Below, one piece after another: positions 31,551-44,231 of a stretch of DNA of 64,000 bases. Position 1 is the stretch's first letter. The number at the start of each line of letters is the position of its first letter. A program made the position numbers and the translations under genes. The stretch comes from the human T2T-CHM13v2.0 reference genome, Homo sapiens: NCBI RefSeq assembly GCF_009914755.1, contig NC_060937.1; one strand, written 5' to 3'. Below the pieces are notes generated by a model that worked only from the letters and a program-made list of their open reading frames with translations, was not told where the DNA came from and ran no database searches.

Positions 31551-33719
31551 CAGCCAAGACTTTTACTTTATAAAGATATTTATGATGTTTTCTTTTCTTT
31601 TTACAGTACGCATTGCATTTATAATTGGAGATACAAAAAAAGGTGACTGTTACTGTTTGACAGCAAGGCAGTAGTATTATCTTCATCAATATTTGCAACT
31701 TCATTCGCAGGAACCTGTAAGAGAAAGCCCAGACAAAACTTTAAGGCAAAGAAGTTACACTTGTAAAAAATGAGAGGACTATTTTTTTATAATAACAAAT
31801 ATTCCAGGTGAGGACTGGTCAGGATCTACCACTGCTCCATCTCACTTGATAAGTCTCATGCCTGCCAGGGTAAGAAGGAGCAGAGAGAAGGACAAATGCC
31901 AGTGAGTTTCCTCTCCCACTAAGGATCTGTTTGTCAAGTTTCCTACCATCAAGTGGAAGATGTACTAAAAATAAAATGTACCCTTGCAGATGCTAGCAGA
32001 GAGGCACAAAATAGAAAAGGAGGTAAGCCCACACATTGAGGAGAAAGAGATCCAACTTAAGATTCAAAATGCACCAGAAAGCTGTGTAAAGTTAATAAAA
32101 TTACTCAAAATCTTGGAACATTTGTTTCCTCACCTGTAAAATGGGGATCATGTGCCTACTTCATAAGTTGTTTTGACAGTTAAATTCACAGAGATATTTA
32201 ATAGAGCCTGCTATGGCAAGTGTTCACATTAACAAAGTAGTATCAAACTTCAAAATATGGGAAAGGTATTTTGAATAATGTCTATGAGGCCAAGGACAAC
32301 ATGCCCAGCTTCATAATCAATCCCAGCCACATTACACTGAGGAGATCTACAGGCAACTATATTTCTTCAACAAATTCCATTAGAGAGGAAGAGTGTGTAG
32401 TCTGAAAACATGACACAAATGTGACCAGTGTACAGTGACTTAGGTAGTCGGGGGTGGAATCCCTACATATTCTCTGAATTGCAGTTACACAGTGAGTTCC
32501 CAGGAAACAAATGGAATAGAAAAGGTGACACAAAATATACTACCATAAATGGGGTGAGCATAGCAGGTTCACAACCACAAATGTAAGCAGGAGACTCAAA
32601 TCACCAGGAGCACCTAGATCTGTGAACAGCAGCTTGTGGTGGCATCAGGTTCAACTTTCTGAGACCACCGGTGTGGGCAGTGTCTTTGCAGGCACATACT
32701 CGGCAGAAGTGTATCTGAAGACAGATCTCAAGGCTCTTCTCTTCATTAATTATTAAGATGATAGATGATGGATACCCTCACGTTACAACATCCCCACTAA
32801 CGCTGTGGACAAGTGAATTCAGAAACCCCCACCTAAATACACAGTGAAGAGTAGGATGAGAATACTGCAGGATAGGTTAGGAATGCAGGCATTCGACCCC
32901 ATAGAGTCTATTTAAAATAAGAGAAGGGCCCTAGTATTGTGCTGTGGTCCTCCTATATATAGTTCTTTATTTTTCCAATTTCATAAAGGCCATACAGTTT
33001 TTCTTCCTTTCTTCACAAATGTGCTGATGAACCCATGAGTAATTCATCCTGAAGGGGTTAATTCCTCATAAAGTACAGTAACGTGATTCAATTGCTATGA
33101 TGAGGTTTTTCAGGATTTTTTTATAGTGTCCCATACTCACCGATCACAAGTGAAAATTATAAGAACATGTAATTTGAACAAAGTATTCTTTTCACATAGA
33201 GAAATACACAGGTTTGTACAGATTAGATGCATCATCAAAGTTGGTAACATCTGGGAACAAAAGGAACTATCCTGAGGACATAAGGAACTTAGGAACGTCG
33301 ATTATTAAGAGGCTACCTGCAAGTGGAACTTCTGGGTTTTCATTGTCTAGACAGAAAAATTTAACTGATAAGCCCCAGTATATTAAGGTACATCCCCAAC
33401 GGCTGTGGGGGATCAACTTTCCATCCAAAGCAGAGATGTAAAACATGAATGACTTCAAATGCGGCTCAAGTGCTCTGCACCTTGAAAGTCATCCCCACAA
33501 AGCTGGAGCACCACCTGTTCCTGAGGGATGAGGTCACCAACTGCTTTTTTGAGACACTCGTCAGTCAGGACTCAGTTGAGATGAGGCTGGTGATTTCAAC
33601 TGTAAAATATCTAAACCATCGTCTTTAGGTAGATTCTTATGCCTGGGAATTGTGGTTTTCTCCTCTGCTGTTAGCAGATCCTGAGTAACCCAAGAAATAC
33701 CCGCTCTCACCCGTCAAGT

Positions 33720-35340
33720 TCTATATCACAAGAAAGGCGCTGCAGACGGTGACATTTTCACGAAGGAGCCACAGCCCGCATCACCCCCTGAAAGCTCTGA
33801 AGTTGCGCACGGGTGGGTCACGCAGCAGGTGGATGTCTCAGTTCCCATAGAGTTTAGCAGAGCAGGCGGCTCCCTGGGCTGGAAGAGGTGCGATGCTCTG
33901 GAAACCCCCCGCGGGTGTGTATGTGAGAGGACACCGAGATGTTCAGCGGGCTGTTCATGAGGACCAGACCCCTCCGATTTGAGCAAGGGAGGTGCACTTC
34001 GCAGGGTCACACCGTCCTCATCGCCCAGCCTAGACCTGCCCCTCAAGTCCTTCTGCGGACTCCCTTGGCGAGGGGGTGGCACAGAATCAGCATGTGGCAT
34101 CGCTTAGGAAAGGACGAGTCCACACCGCCCTGTCCCTCCCTCCAGGGCTGCGCACCACGGGGGAGGACAGACAGCGCATGCTGGTTTTGTAGTTAGCAGG
34201 TCGGCGACCAATGGGCTGGAAACCGTTAAGACACCATAACTCCCAGCACTCCTAGCTAGGGACGCGCCTCCCTATCCTTCGCTTCCATACTACACACCGA
34301 CCCCAAACCCAGCGCATGCTGAGATTGTAGTCCGTTAGCCTCGCGACCAATGGGCTGGAAATACTGAAAGGACTATGACTCCCAGGATGCCTTGCGAGGT
34401 ACCCGCCGTCCCGATCCTTCCTCTAGGGCTGCGCACCGCCCCCAAGCCCAACGCATGCTGGGATTGTAGTCAGGTAATCCTGGGACCAACTGACTGGAAA
34501 CTGTTAAGAGACCATAACTCCCAGCACGCCTGGCTAAGGACGCACCTCCCTATCCTTCCCTTCAGTGCTACACACCGCCTCGAAGCCCGGTGGCTGCTGG
34601 GATTTTAGTCTGCAGGCCGGGGGCCATCGCTGGAAACCATTAAGAGACCATAACTCCCAGCATCCCTGGCCAGGGACGCGCCTCTCCATCCTTCCCTCCA
34701 GCGTTACACACCGCCCCAATCCCGGTGCATGCTGGCATTGTAGTTCGGTAGCCTTGCGATCAACGTGCTGGAAACTGTTTAAGGACTATGACTCCCAGGA
34801 CGCCTTGCGAGGGACCCACCCTGTTGACCCTTCCTCCAGGGCTGGGAACCTCCCTTAAGCCCAGCGCATGCTGGGATCATAGTCCGACTGCCGCGACAGA
34901 AAGGCTGGGAGTGGATCTGAGACTACAGTTCCAACACTACGGGGAAAATTTCATCTTCTCTGAGACTACACTTCCAACACTGAGGGGATAATTTCATCTT
35001 CTCCTCCGCCCCTCCATGTTTCCAGTGCAATTCCGCCCTGCTGAGGGGAGCCTATCTGTTCCCAGACTTCTGCGTGCGAGGAGACAGCGTGGCCAGGGCA
35101 GGTGGTCTCACTTGTAATTGTGGCACAGTCTCCCCACGTGCCAGTTGTACGACTATTTGTGCCTGAAGTTTGATTTCTCTCTGACAAGACAGAGCCCGGG
35201 AGCCTCCAACAGCCTGCCCAGCGTTGCTGTAACGCTTGCTCTCGGGGAGCTGGGCGCGCCCAGACCTTTGCAGGGCCCCTCCCTCAGCCCCGACCCTTCT
35301 CCTCGCCCCTCCCCTGCCACGCCCCTTTCGACATGCTGGA
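33720..35340. promoter_or_regulatory. CpG island / candidate promoter
   Basis: GC- and CpG-rich stretch in AT-rich surroundings; CCAAT boxes at 34208 and 34347; clustered ZNF143/SBS-like motifs. Confidence 0.65.
34130..34905. repeat. ~138-bp tandem repeat, ~6 units, probably ACRO1-related
   Basis: GCATGCTGGGATTGTAGTC-like motif at 34176, 34314, 34453, 34592, 34727 and 34866 (period 135-139 bp). The ACRO1 name is from recalled similarity only. Confidence 0.8.
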
Positions 35341-36404
35341 AAGTCATCTACCTTTAATAACAGTCATCTTTGCAAAAAAAAAAAAAAAAAAAAACTCTGA
35401 GAATAACCTATCTCCCATTCTATTTAGTATTTATTTCCATAGTATCCATAAATAGTAGCAATTAGATATCACAGCAAGTCAAGCAAAAGCCCTGCCTTGC
35501 CTGTTTCATAAACCACGATATGGCCTTGCTGTGGTTTTATTTGTATTTTGTTTTGTATTTATTGACCTTTTGGATATAAATATTTAGGTATTTGGACAGT
35601 TTTTGGAAGTATTCCGCTATTAGTTGTTGATTTACTTCTGTTCCCTATTTAATTTTTTTTTGTCTCTCCCTTCTCCTTAGACTCAGTCATTCCACAGGTC
35701 TCGAGAGCTCTGTTCATTTCCTTTAAACTTTTTGTACTTTTTTTTTTCCAGACTGGATAATTTCTATTGCTGTGTCTTCTGTTTTAAATCTATGGCTAAA
35801 CTCAAAAGATTTTTTTCATTTCCTTATCTATAATTTTTTTATATATATGTTCATTTCTCTGCTGAAGTTCCACATCTGTTTGTTTATGAATAGAATATTT
35901 TCTTTTTTCCCCATGAACATATTCATAAAAACTGCCTTCAAATTCTTGTCTGCTGATTGCAACATCCTGGGATAGCTTCTACTGCCTGCTTTTGATATTG
36001 TGTATGGATGACATTTTCACGTTTCTTTACAAGTCTTATGAATTTTAAAATTGTGCACTAGAAACTATAAATGATAATTATAGAATAGAAACTCTGGATT
36101 TTGCTGTTTTACCTTGAAGACTTTTGTTTTATAAACAGGGTTCATTGGGCTAGTGTCAAACCAATGCTTATGTCCGCTACAGTGGGTATAGCTGAAATCT
36201 TCATTCAGTTGTTAAACACACATATCATATATGTATTATGCATAGGCGTTTTTCTATAATAATATATTTTATTCAAGTTTCATCATTGTTATTTGTGAGA
36301 GTTCAACAAGCTAGTCCACACTTAGTGGAAGTCAGAACCTCAGTTTTATTTGATTGTAGCATTTTATATAAACAAAATTATATAGTATGTATACTTGTAC
36401 ATCT

Positions 36405-36690
36405 GTTTTCTTTATTTCCTTTTCTGTTTTCTTTCTTTCTTTCCTTTTCTGTCTTCTTTCTTTCTCTCTTTCTTTCCTTCTTTCTTTCTCTCTTCTTTTT
36501 TCTTTCTTTCTTTTCCCCAGGTTGGTGTGCAGTGGCATGATCTCACTGCAACCTCTGCCTACCAGGCTTAAGATATCCTTCCACTTCAGCCTTTTGAGTC
36601 ACTGGGACCGCAGCCTTGCACCACCATGCCCGGCTAATTGTTTTGTATTTTTGGTAGAGACAGGGTTTCACTATGTTGCCCAAACTGGCA
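36405..36690 (-). mobile_element. Partial old Alu with (CTTT)n tail
   Basis: CT-rich tract, then GTGCAGTGGCATGATCTCACTGCAACCTC...GTAGAGACAGGGTTTCACTATGTTGCCC. Confidence 0.8.
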
Positions 36691-37589
36691 TGTCTGCTTT
36701 CTTTTATGCAACATTACATTTGTGATATTCACCCACCAGTTGCAAATAGCTATAGTCTGTTCATTTTAGAAAGTAGTTTTTACCTTTTAGTAAAATATAA
36801 AAATACATGAAATTAACCATTTTATTATTTTTTTTGTGTGCAGTTTAAAGAAATTAAATACATTCACATTGTTTTGCAACCATTGTCCAAGTTCATAAGG
36901 AACTGTTTTTCAATCTTTTAAAAGTGAAACTCTGTACCCAGTAAACAACACTCCCCTTCCATTGCCCTTTGTGTAGTCCCTGGAAACTACTCTTCTACTT
37001 CGTGTTTCTATGAACTTAACTGCTGTAAATATCTCATATGAGTGGAAAGAGACAATATAGCAAAAAAATCATGAGGAAGAATAATATATACTATATAACA
37101 TATGTTTATCCATTTTAAGAAAAATGCTAGCAGAGATCAGGTCATGGTGATTATAGAGAAAGGTAGGTAACAGTGAAAAAGGGATTGGTTGCATTAAATT
37201 TACGACGTGATGCCTCAAGTGCCAGAGCAGTGAGCTTTCTGCCCCACTCGCAGGGCTGGCCAATGGTGTGGCTGGAACCCTACTTGAGCTGCCTGACTGC
37301 CAGAGCCCATGCTTAGTACAAACTTCAATGAGCCATGAAAGCAATTCCAACAACAGGCACTTAATGGCTCTGAGATTTTATCACAGCCTGTTCTTCATGG
37401 CTAGCAACTTCAGAGAAGAGTGACAGCTGTGAGGTTCCAGAAGCCACACCTCAGGTCCCCCAGTTCCTCCCCAGCAGCTGGAGTCCAGGTGCAACAGGAC
37501 CTGATGCCGGCCAGGGAACCATGGCCACACGCTGTGTGAGGCTGGCGGCAAGACAGTCTCCCCTCCTACCCTCTGCTCATCTGCTAGGT

Positions 37590-39043
37590 CTTTGCCTTTT
37601 ATTCTGATTGTGCTGCTCCAGGCTTGGAACAAAGCCCGAAATTCCTCTTGAGTCTGAAGATGATGATGGTTTCCAGCTGTGTGGAACTGCTGCATCTCCT
37701 GGAGGACTTTAATCTTCTGGAAACAGAGGGAAAGACAGGATGCTGACAGGGCCTGGGTGAAAGACTCTGTAGGGGCCTTATAAAAGAAGGGAGGAGGGCT
37801 GGTCTCTGAAGTGTTTCTTTTAAGGGGCTCTCACCTCCCCTCCAATATCATGCAGCCCTAACTGGTTCTCAGAGTTGAATGTAAACGGCCCTTCCTCTAG
37901 GAAGTTGTCATCAACTTCACTCCCCTGATTGCACCCTGCATTAGGATAGGTCTCCTCCTTCTCTGTGTATTACTCCCTTTCAATAAATCTTAGATGCGGA
38001 AGAAGGGACCAGGGAATGTCCTGCCCAGGGTGATTTCTCATTTCCACCTCCACCCTCCCTCAAAGTGAGGACTTCAGCTACTGCTCACCTTTCTGTTTTT
38101 CTGGGTTTTGATCACATTTCTCTGGAAGACAGAAAGCCAAAGACCATCAGAAAGGTCCGCTGGTCCATAACTAGCCTCCATTTCCAGCGATTTCCAAGCT
38201 TCACCACCACCAGAGCCACCAGGGTCAGGGAATGTGCACAAAAGAGGTCTTGCAGCTCTGCAGCTTCACTACTCAGGGAGTGGGACTGATGGCTGCTGTG
38301 GAGCCTCCATCACTCATGAGTAAAATACCCTGTTTACGGGATGGGGAGGGCTGCGAGGCCCTCGCAAAAAATTTTGGCAAGGACTGAGATCTAGGAGCTC
38401 AGTTCAAGACTCTCTTCTCCCAGGCCTCAGGATCCTGGTCCCTGACCTGTCTGCTCCAGGCTCACTCACATCCACACACTCCTTCATGGCAATGTCCAGC
38501 ATCACCACATCAGTGAGGAATGTCCCCAGAGAGGGCATGACTTGGGAGGTGCCCACCCAAGTCCTGTCCGCTGAACTCTTATAAACCCCTGCCTCCTGGC
38601 GCCCTCTACCTAGGTTACCCACTTGGAGTAGCTGAGAACCCTCAGCTGCCTTTTCCCAATTCTCTATGTCTTCCCATTAGCTGGCCTCTATTGCCACCAA
38701 CCTCACCATAATTACCTCCTTGGTGGGATTTTAACAAGCTACAAGGTCATGTGGTCCCTGGCTCCACCTGTTTTAAAAGCCACACGGAGCCCAGCTCTCC
38801 CAGGCCTTGCTCTGGTCTGTCTAATGAAGGTGTTTTAGGCACTGCAGCCCCAGGAGAAAAGGGCTGGAGTAGAAAGACCCTCTGCTTTTTTGATTTGGAG
38901 GTTTCCAGCTGGGAGAAGTAAGCTCTGTTCTCTGAAACCCTGGAGCCCTTCCCCATCACAGGCACATTCACCTTCTGCTGTCATAGCCTCACCTAAGCTC
39001 TCTGGGGCTCCGCTACAGGGTAGACAACTTGTACGGTGTTCAC
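37590..39043 (-). pseudogene. Unprocessed RALGDS/RGL4-like (RasGEF domain) pseudogene, 3' exons only
   Basis: Exons in RALGDS/RGL4 order: 39043-38972 (resembling KFATLE.NP.RAQ), ~38545-38470 (PSLGTFLTDVVMLDIAMKECVD then GTGAGT), 38121-38089 (33 nt, RNVIKTQKNRK, AG..GTGAG), 37716-~37596 (KIKVLQEMQQF). Frameshifts and stops present. Confidence 0.8.
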
Positions 39044-39670
39044 CTGCTAGGATGAGGGACAAGGTCAGTGAAAATATGCTTCTTTCAGTTACGCCTCAGC
39101 CACACTAACCTTGGACACGGATAAGTGGCCTGAGTCAGCTTGTCCAATGCTCTGACCATCTCCAGTGAGCTCTGACTCTAGACTCACTCCCAGGTCCAAC
39201 ACTCCCTGGATGTGTCATTTTGGGCATGCAGTCGGGTTTCCCTGAGCTGTTTCCTCAACTGGAAAGTGTGGTGGGAACCAACTACCTCACTAGGCCTCTT
39301 ACCACCTCGGTTTCATGTGGTTGTCATGATTGCTGTCACCATCATCCCTCTCAGGATGAGCCAGACACAAGCACCCTCAGATTCTCTGTCTCCCTGAGCC
39401 CCATCACCACCTTGTGAGGCCTGCCCAACAGGCTCATCATTCCTACATTTTCCACATAAGAAAACAGAGGCCCAAAGCGGCAATGACATGCCAAGGACCC
39501 CACAAGAGAGGCCAGCTCCTCCCTCAACCTGGAGGGACTGTCCCGGCTGCCTTCACCTAACACCCTAGCATCATCACTGACCAGCATTCCATCTTCTAAA
39601 CTCTATGAGTGACAATATTCCCAGCCAGGCCCTGTGGCAGTGGACATGGTTCTGAGAATTGGGAATCTAA

Positions 39671-40226
39671 TGTGGAGGAAAAGTTAAATATTTAATATGA
39701 ACTCAATTGAACATGGGCACAAACAATGGTCACGAAGTCCTGGAACAGGTTGCATGAGCCCCTTGAGGTGTTCATCCAGCGCTGTTTCAGAGAAATCTTT
39801 CAATCCATTCCTATACATTAGTTATTGAAAAAACAACAGACAATTGCAAAAACAAGTTGATCTTTTGTGTTCCTTGAGCCCAGTTGTGAAGGGCACCTGT
39901 GACTGCGCCTCATGCCAAACAACACATTACAAAAAGAGTAGGGTCCCAGACTGTGCTGAAGTTTCATGAGACCTCTCCTCATCTGTACATGGACACGTGG
40001 CTGACTCTGGAGCCCAGGCTCTTGCTTCCCAGTCTGGTAATGAATCCTCCATAGTCTGGTGCGTGTAAATATACATATATATATTTTCTTTCTGTCCTTC
40101 CCATTGCAATTTGCTTATTATATTATTTGCTTATCAAGTCTGTATTGCCATACACTTGGGATAAAGGCTATTTATCCTTAAAACTATTGTGGGTGCCTTT
40201 TCTTTTCCCCTCGTTCATTTCCCGCA
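39671..40226 (+). mobile_element. Solo LTR, same family as the provirus LTRs (LTR66-like)
   Basis: Starts TGTGGAGGAAAAGTTAAATATTTAATATGAACTC; reverse complement of the LTRs at 12143-12646 and 43683-44231. No clear TSD. Confidence 0.85.
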
Positions 40227-41636
40227 CCGGAGCCCAGGTGATGGAATCTCGAAGTGACCTCACTTCCTTAGTTACAAACTCAAAGAAAGTTTAGAACTCT
40301 GGTAACCTGGAGCCCTAATTCTAGAGACAGCTTTGTATTTACTAAGGAGACTCTGAAGACAGCAAGATGTTCTCCTGCTATGTCTTGAATTTCTGAGGCT
40401 CTCATCTCAGGAAGGCTTGAACAGAGAGACTTTTTTTTATGATGGAGACAGTGCTCATTCTGCACTGCTGGCTCTTCTAGCCATTTGGAAAGGGTTACCC
40501 ATAGATAACACAAGGCCACCCATGGCAGGCCTATCCAGGCCAGGCCTCACCTTTGATATCATCTCGGCAGGCACACACCCCTCCTCATCTCCACGTCTCG
40601 TGGGAAAGAAAGAGATAATGGGTCCTTTCTTGACAGGAGCAGGTTTCCAGGTATTGGGAGGCTAAAAGCCTGTCAAATTTATACCGCAGGTTACAGTTGG
40701 CAGGAGGGGAAGGTGAGTGCTGGGGGTCACCTTTGTTTGTTCAGACATTTATTCTAAGGCTTCAAGCTGTCCTCTTGTTTTCTCCCTGGCTGGAGGTCTG
40801 CGCAAATGCTCCTATGTGCCTGATCTGGGGAGTAGACTTTCTAACTGGAATTTCCCCTGTGGGGAAAGCCAGGATGCCATTGATGCCTCTTGGCCAGGCT
40901 TCCAGGCACTCTCTTTGCAGAACTCTATTGAGGAGATCCCTGAGGAGCTGTTTGATGAGTCCAACTACTCCATCTCATTGAACAAAAGGCAGGTGCATCA
41001 TGCCAACAACCATGGCCCGTGCTAGTCTGGAGTCAAGGTGGGCACAGAGAGGTCTCCAAATGGAAAAGACCAGGGAAGCCCAGGACCCTGACCCAAATGT
41101 GAGGATTCCCCAGAAACCGTTTTAGGGCTTTCTCCATTAAGGACCCACAGTTCCTTCCCAGAGGAATTTGGCCTCCATTAGTCCATAATGGCAACTTAGG
41201 TGCACAGTCCCCGGTCATATGCTTGCAGGAATGTCAAAAGAAACACTTTTGTGTTGTTATTACTTTACATTAAGTTGTGAGTATCTTTGCATTTTGCTAT
41301 TATTTTTATTGTTATATCTACCCACCCCACATACTTCCTGGAGCAGGCAGCTTCGCTGCCTTGCCAGACCTTCTCTAAGTCTTAGAAGTTCACACTGTTA
41401 CTAGAGAGAGGTTTCACCCAAAAAGTGGGAGTTATGCAAAAGGGTCTTATATGACTCTTTACATATGTGTCCCAGAGCCCACCTCTATAGCCCCATCAGG
41501 ACAGGAGCTGTGTCCTCATATGTCTTTATAAGATTCCATAAGTGGGGCCTTTCCCTCAGTAATTTAGGCTTTTAATACTGGTGGAGCCTGACATAATAAA
41601 TTCTATTTCCACTTCAGCCATGCTACAGGGAATATC

Positions 41637-41955
41637 TTTTTTTTTTTTTTTTTTTTGAGACGGAGTCTCGCTCTGTCGCCCAGGTGGGAGTGCAGTGGTG
41701 CAGTCTCGGCTCACTGCACTCCGCCTCCTGGGTTCACGCCATCCTCCTGCTTCAGCCTCCTGAGTAGCTGGGACTACAGGCGCCTGTCACCACGCCCGGC
41801 TAATTTTTTTTCTCTGTGTGTGTGTGGTTTTTTTTTTAGTAGAGACAGAGTTTCACCGTGTTAGCTAGGATGGTCTCGATCTCCTGACCTCGTGATCCAC
41901 TCGCCTCGGCCTCCCAAAGTGCTAGGATTACAGGTGTAAGCCACCGCGCCCAGCC
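41637..41955 (-). mobile_element. AluY-like
   Basis: Full reverse Alu with TTAGCTAGGATGGTCTCGATCTCCTGACCTCGTGATCC; TSD GCTACAGGGAA(T/C)ATC. Confidence 0.93.
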
Positions 41956-41989
41956 GCTACAGGGAACATCTTATCTGTGTCCTAATAGG

Positions 41990-42380
41990 CTGTAACGCTG
42001 TGCTATGACTTCCCTAATACAGTACCACAGGCTGAAGTTCTTTAACAACAAAAACTGAATGTCGCACAATTCTGGAAGTTAGAAATCCAACCTCAAGCTA
42101 CTGGCTGTGTGGTTTCTCTGAGGTCTCCATCCTTGGCTTGTAGATCGTCATCTACTATATCTGTGTTCACAAGATCTTCTCTTGTGCTTTTCTGTCCTTC
42201 CTGCCTCTTCTAATAAGGGCTCCAGTCATCTGGAATTAGGATACACCCCAATTAATTCACTTAAACCTAACTACATTTGCAGAGGCTATATGTTCAAATA
42301 TAGTCACGTTCTGAGGCACTAGGTGTTAGGACATGAACATATAATTTTTAGGAAGGGAATGCAATCTAGCTCACAACATT
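41990..42380 (-). mobile_element. MaLR LTR (MLT1-type)
   Basis: TACCACAGGCTG...CACAATTCTGGAAGTTAGAAATCCAA...GTCACGTTCTGAGGCACTAGG pattern. Confidence 0.65.
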
Positions 42381-43682
42381 TACTAATCCCTTGTAGATTA
42401 TAGTCTCCCAGGAAAATGATTACTCAGTGAAACAGTAGGAAAGTGTAAAGGTTTAATAGGAAAAGCCGGAATATATTCCAAAAGGGTTGTGAAAGCTGTA
42501 CTGTAAATAGTAGTTTCTGAATTTATCTGCTTTTATGTATCCAGAACCTCTTGGTTGTCAACATTCTTTTAATTTTTTTGTCAATCTGCTATCTATGTGG
42601 CAAAAAAACATGTTTCTATTTCAATTTTTCAACTGATATATTTGAGTTACCTTTCAGTTGATTTATACTTATTTGAGTTTTCTGTTCCCTCAGTTAATCC
42701 GCTCAATTCCTTGGCCCTGTGAGGGGTTTCTCTCACCTTGGAGTCCCCAAGCACTGACACCTTTGTCAGGTGTGGGGTTGCTGTAGTTATTTCTCAACAC
42801 TCCCTTTAAGGTTTTAAAAGACCCAGTTCAGTTGCTTTAAGTCAAAAGGGTTGTCTTAGGGTATCTTATCCTGTGCCCTGTCTCTAAAACAGAAAGAAAG
42901 TGAGCCTTCCCCATGCCCTTCCCCCTAAGTCAGGGACAGACATAGAGCCTCAGGTAGCTTAAAGGGAATTTCATGCAACCCCCACCGTGGAAGATTCTCT
43001 TTCTTACTTGTGTTTTTCTGAGCAGCCATTTGACATCACAAAGCTTTATTTTCTCATTTGTAGGCTGAGTATGTTTTTTTGGGAATTCTCTGGGATAATG
43101 CTCTTCATAAAGATTATTAATACAAGTGGGTGCTGTTGTCTTCCAGCTGATATGATATCGTGAAGGCCTTGAATGTATTCATGGATTAATTATTCTCTAC
43201 CTCCACATTAAATTTGATATCAGAGGCCTAAAACCTTTTTCACCATAAACACCCATGTCCTCCACATGCCCAAGTCTCTGAAGGATGGAGATTTCCTCAT
43301 CCAAGCTCCACATTCCAAGCCTCTGGTGTTTCATGGTCTTGCCATGAAAAGTCTTGTTCCCTCCCCAGGAGGAAATGAGTCTATTCTTAACCTAGAGGTG
43401 TGAATGATGCCAATGCGCCAAACCAGGCACAACGGAGAAGCTGAGGAAGTCCCTGACAGCAGGCTTCCAGGGTCAAACTCTCTTCTTTTTATCATTTTTC
43501 TCAAGTTTTACCAGGACTTCCTCACCACTCTGTAGTTCCTGGACCAGCTGTCTAGTAGTTGAGCATATGTCTTCTCCAAGGCACAGTGGTGACTCTGCCA
43601 GCTACTAACTGTGTCTTAGCATACCAGTGCATCTTTATCAGCCTCAATTTGCATCTTTATAGAGAATTGTAAAATGAACCTC

Positions 43683-44231
43683 TGTTCTGTACGAGAGACA
43701 TGCAAGGGGAGAAGAAAACACACCCAAAAAAACCTTTAAGGGTAAACAAGCTTTATCTGACGTAAATGGCAGTGCAGCTATAATAAGCAAATTGCAATGG
43801 GAAGGGGAGAAGGGAAACATATATACATATTTACGTCCACCAGACTGCGGAGGATTCATTACCAGACCGGGAAGCAACAGCCTCGACTCCAGAGTAGGTC
43901 ACCCATCCCTGCACAGACAAGAAGAGGTCTTAGGAAGTTTCAGCGTGGCCTAGGGCCCTAGTTCTTTTTGTAATGAGTTGTTTGGCATGAGGCCCAGTCA
44001 CGAGGGCTCTTCACAACTGGGCTCAAGGAACTTGAAAAGGTTATCTTGTTTTTGCAATTGTCTGTGGTTTTTCAATAACTAACACATAGGAATAGATTGA
44101 AATAGATATTTCTCCAAAACAGTGCCAGATGAATGCTTCAAGCGGCTCATGCAACCTGTCTGGGACTTAATGACCATTGCTTTTGTCCATGTTCAATTGA
44201 ATTCAAATTTAATATTTAACTTTCCCCCACA
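43683..44231 (-). mobile_element. Complete solo LTR (LTR66-like) with 5-bp TSD
   Basis: TGTTCTGTACG...TTTCCCCCACA flanked by ACCTC/ACCTT; a 5-bp TSD is typical of class III ERVs. Confidence 0.88.

Noticed and set aside
34130-34905. Regularly spaced, partly palindromic repeats resembling a CRISPR array
   Set aside because: Inter-repeat sequences are homologous to each other rather than unique spacers, there are no cas genes, and the DNA is primate.
40227-43682. Past inversion between the two opposed LTRs, explaining the plus-strand exon-like piece
   Set aside because: The LTR at 43683-44231 still has matching TSDs (ACCTC/ACCTT), which recombination between the LTRs would have exchanged.
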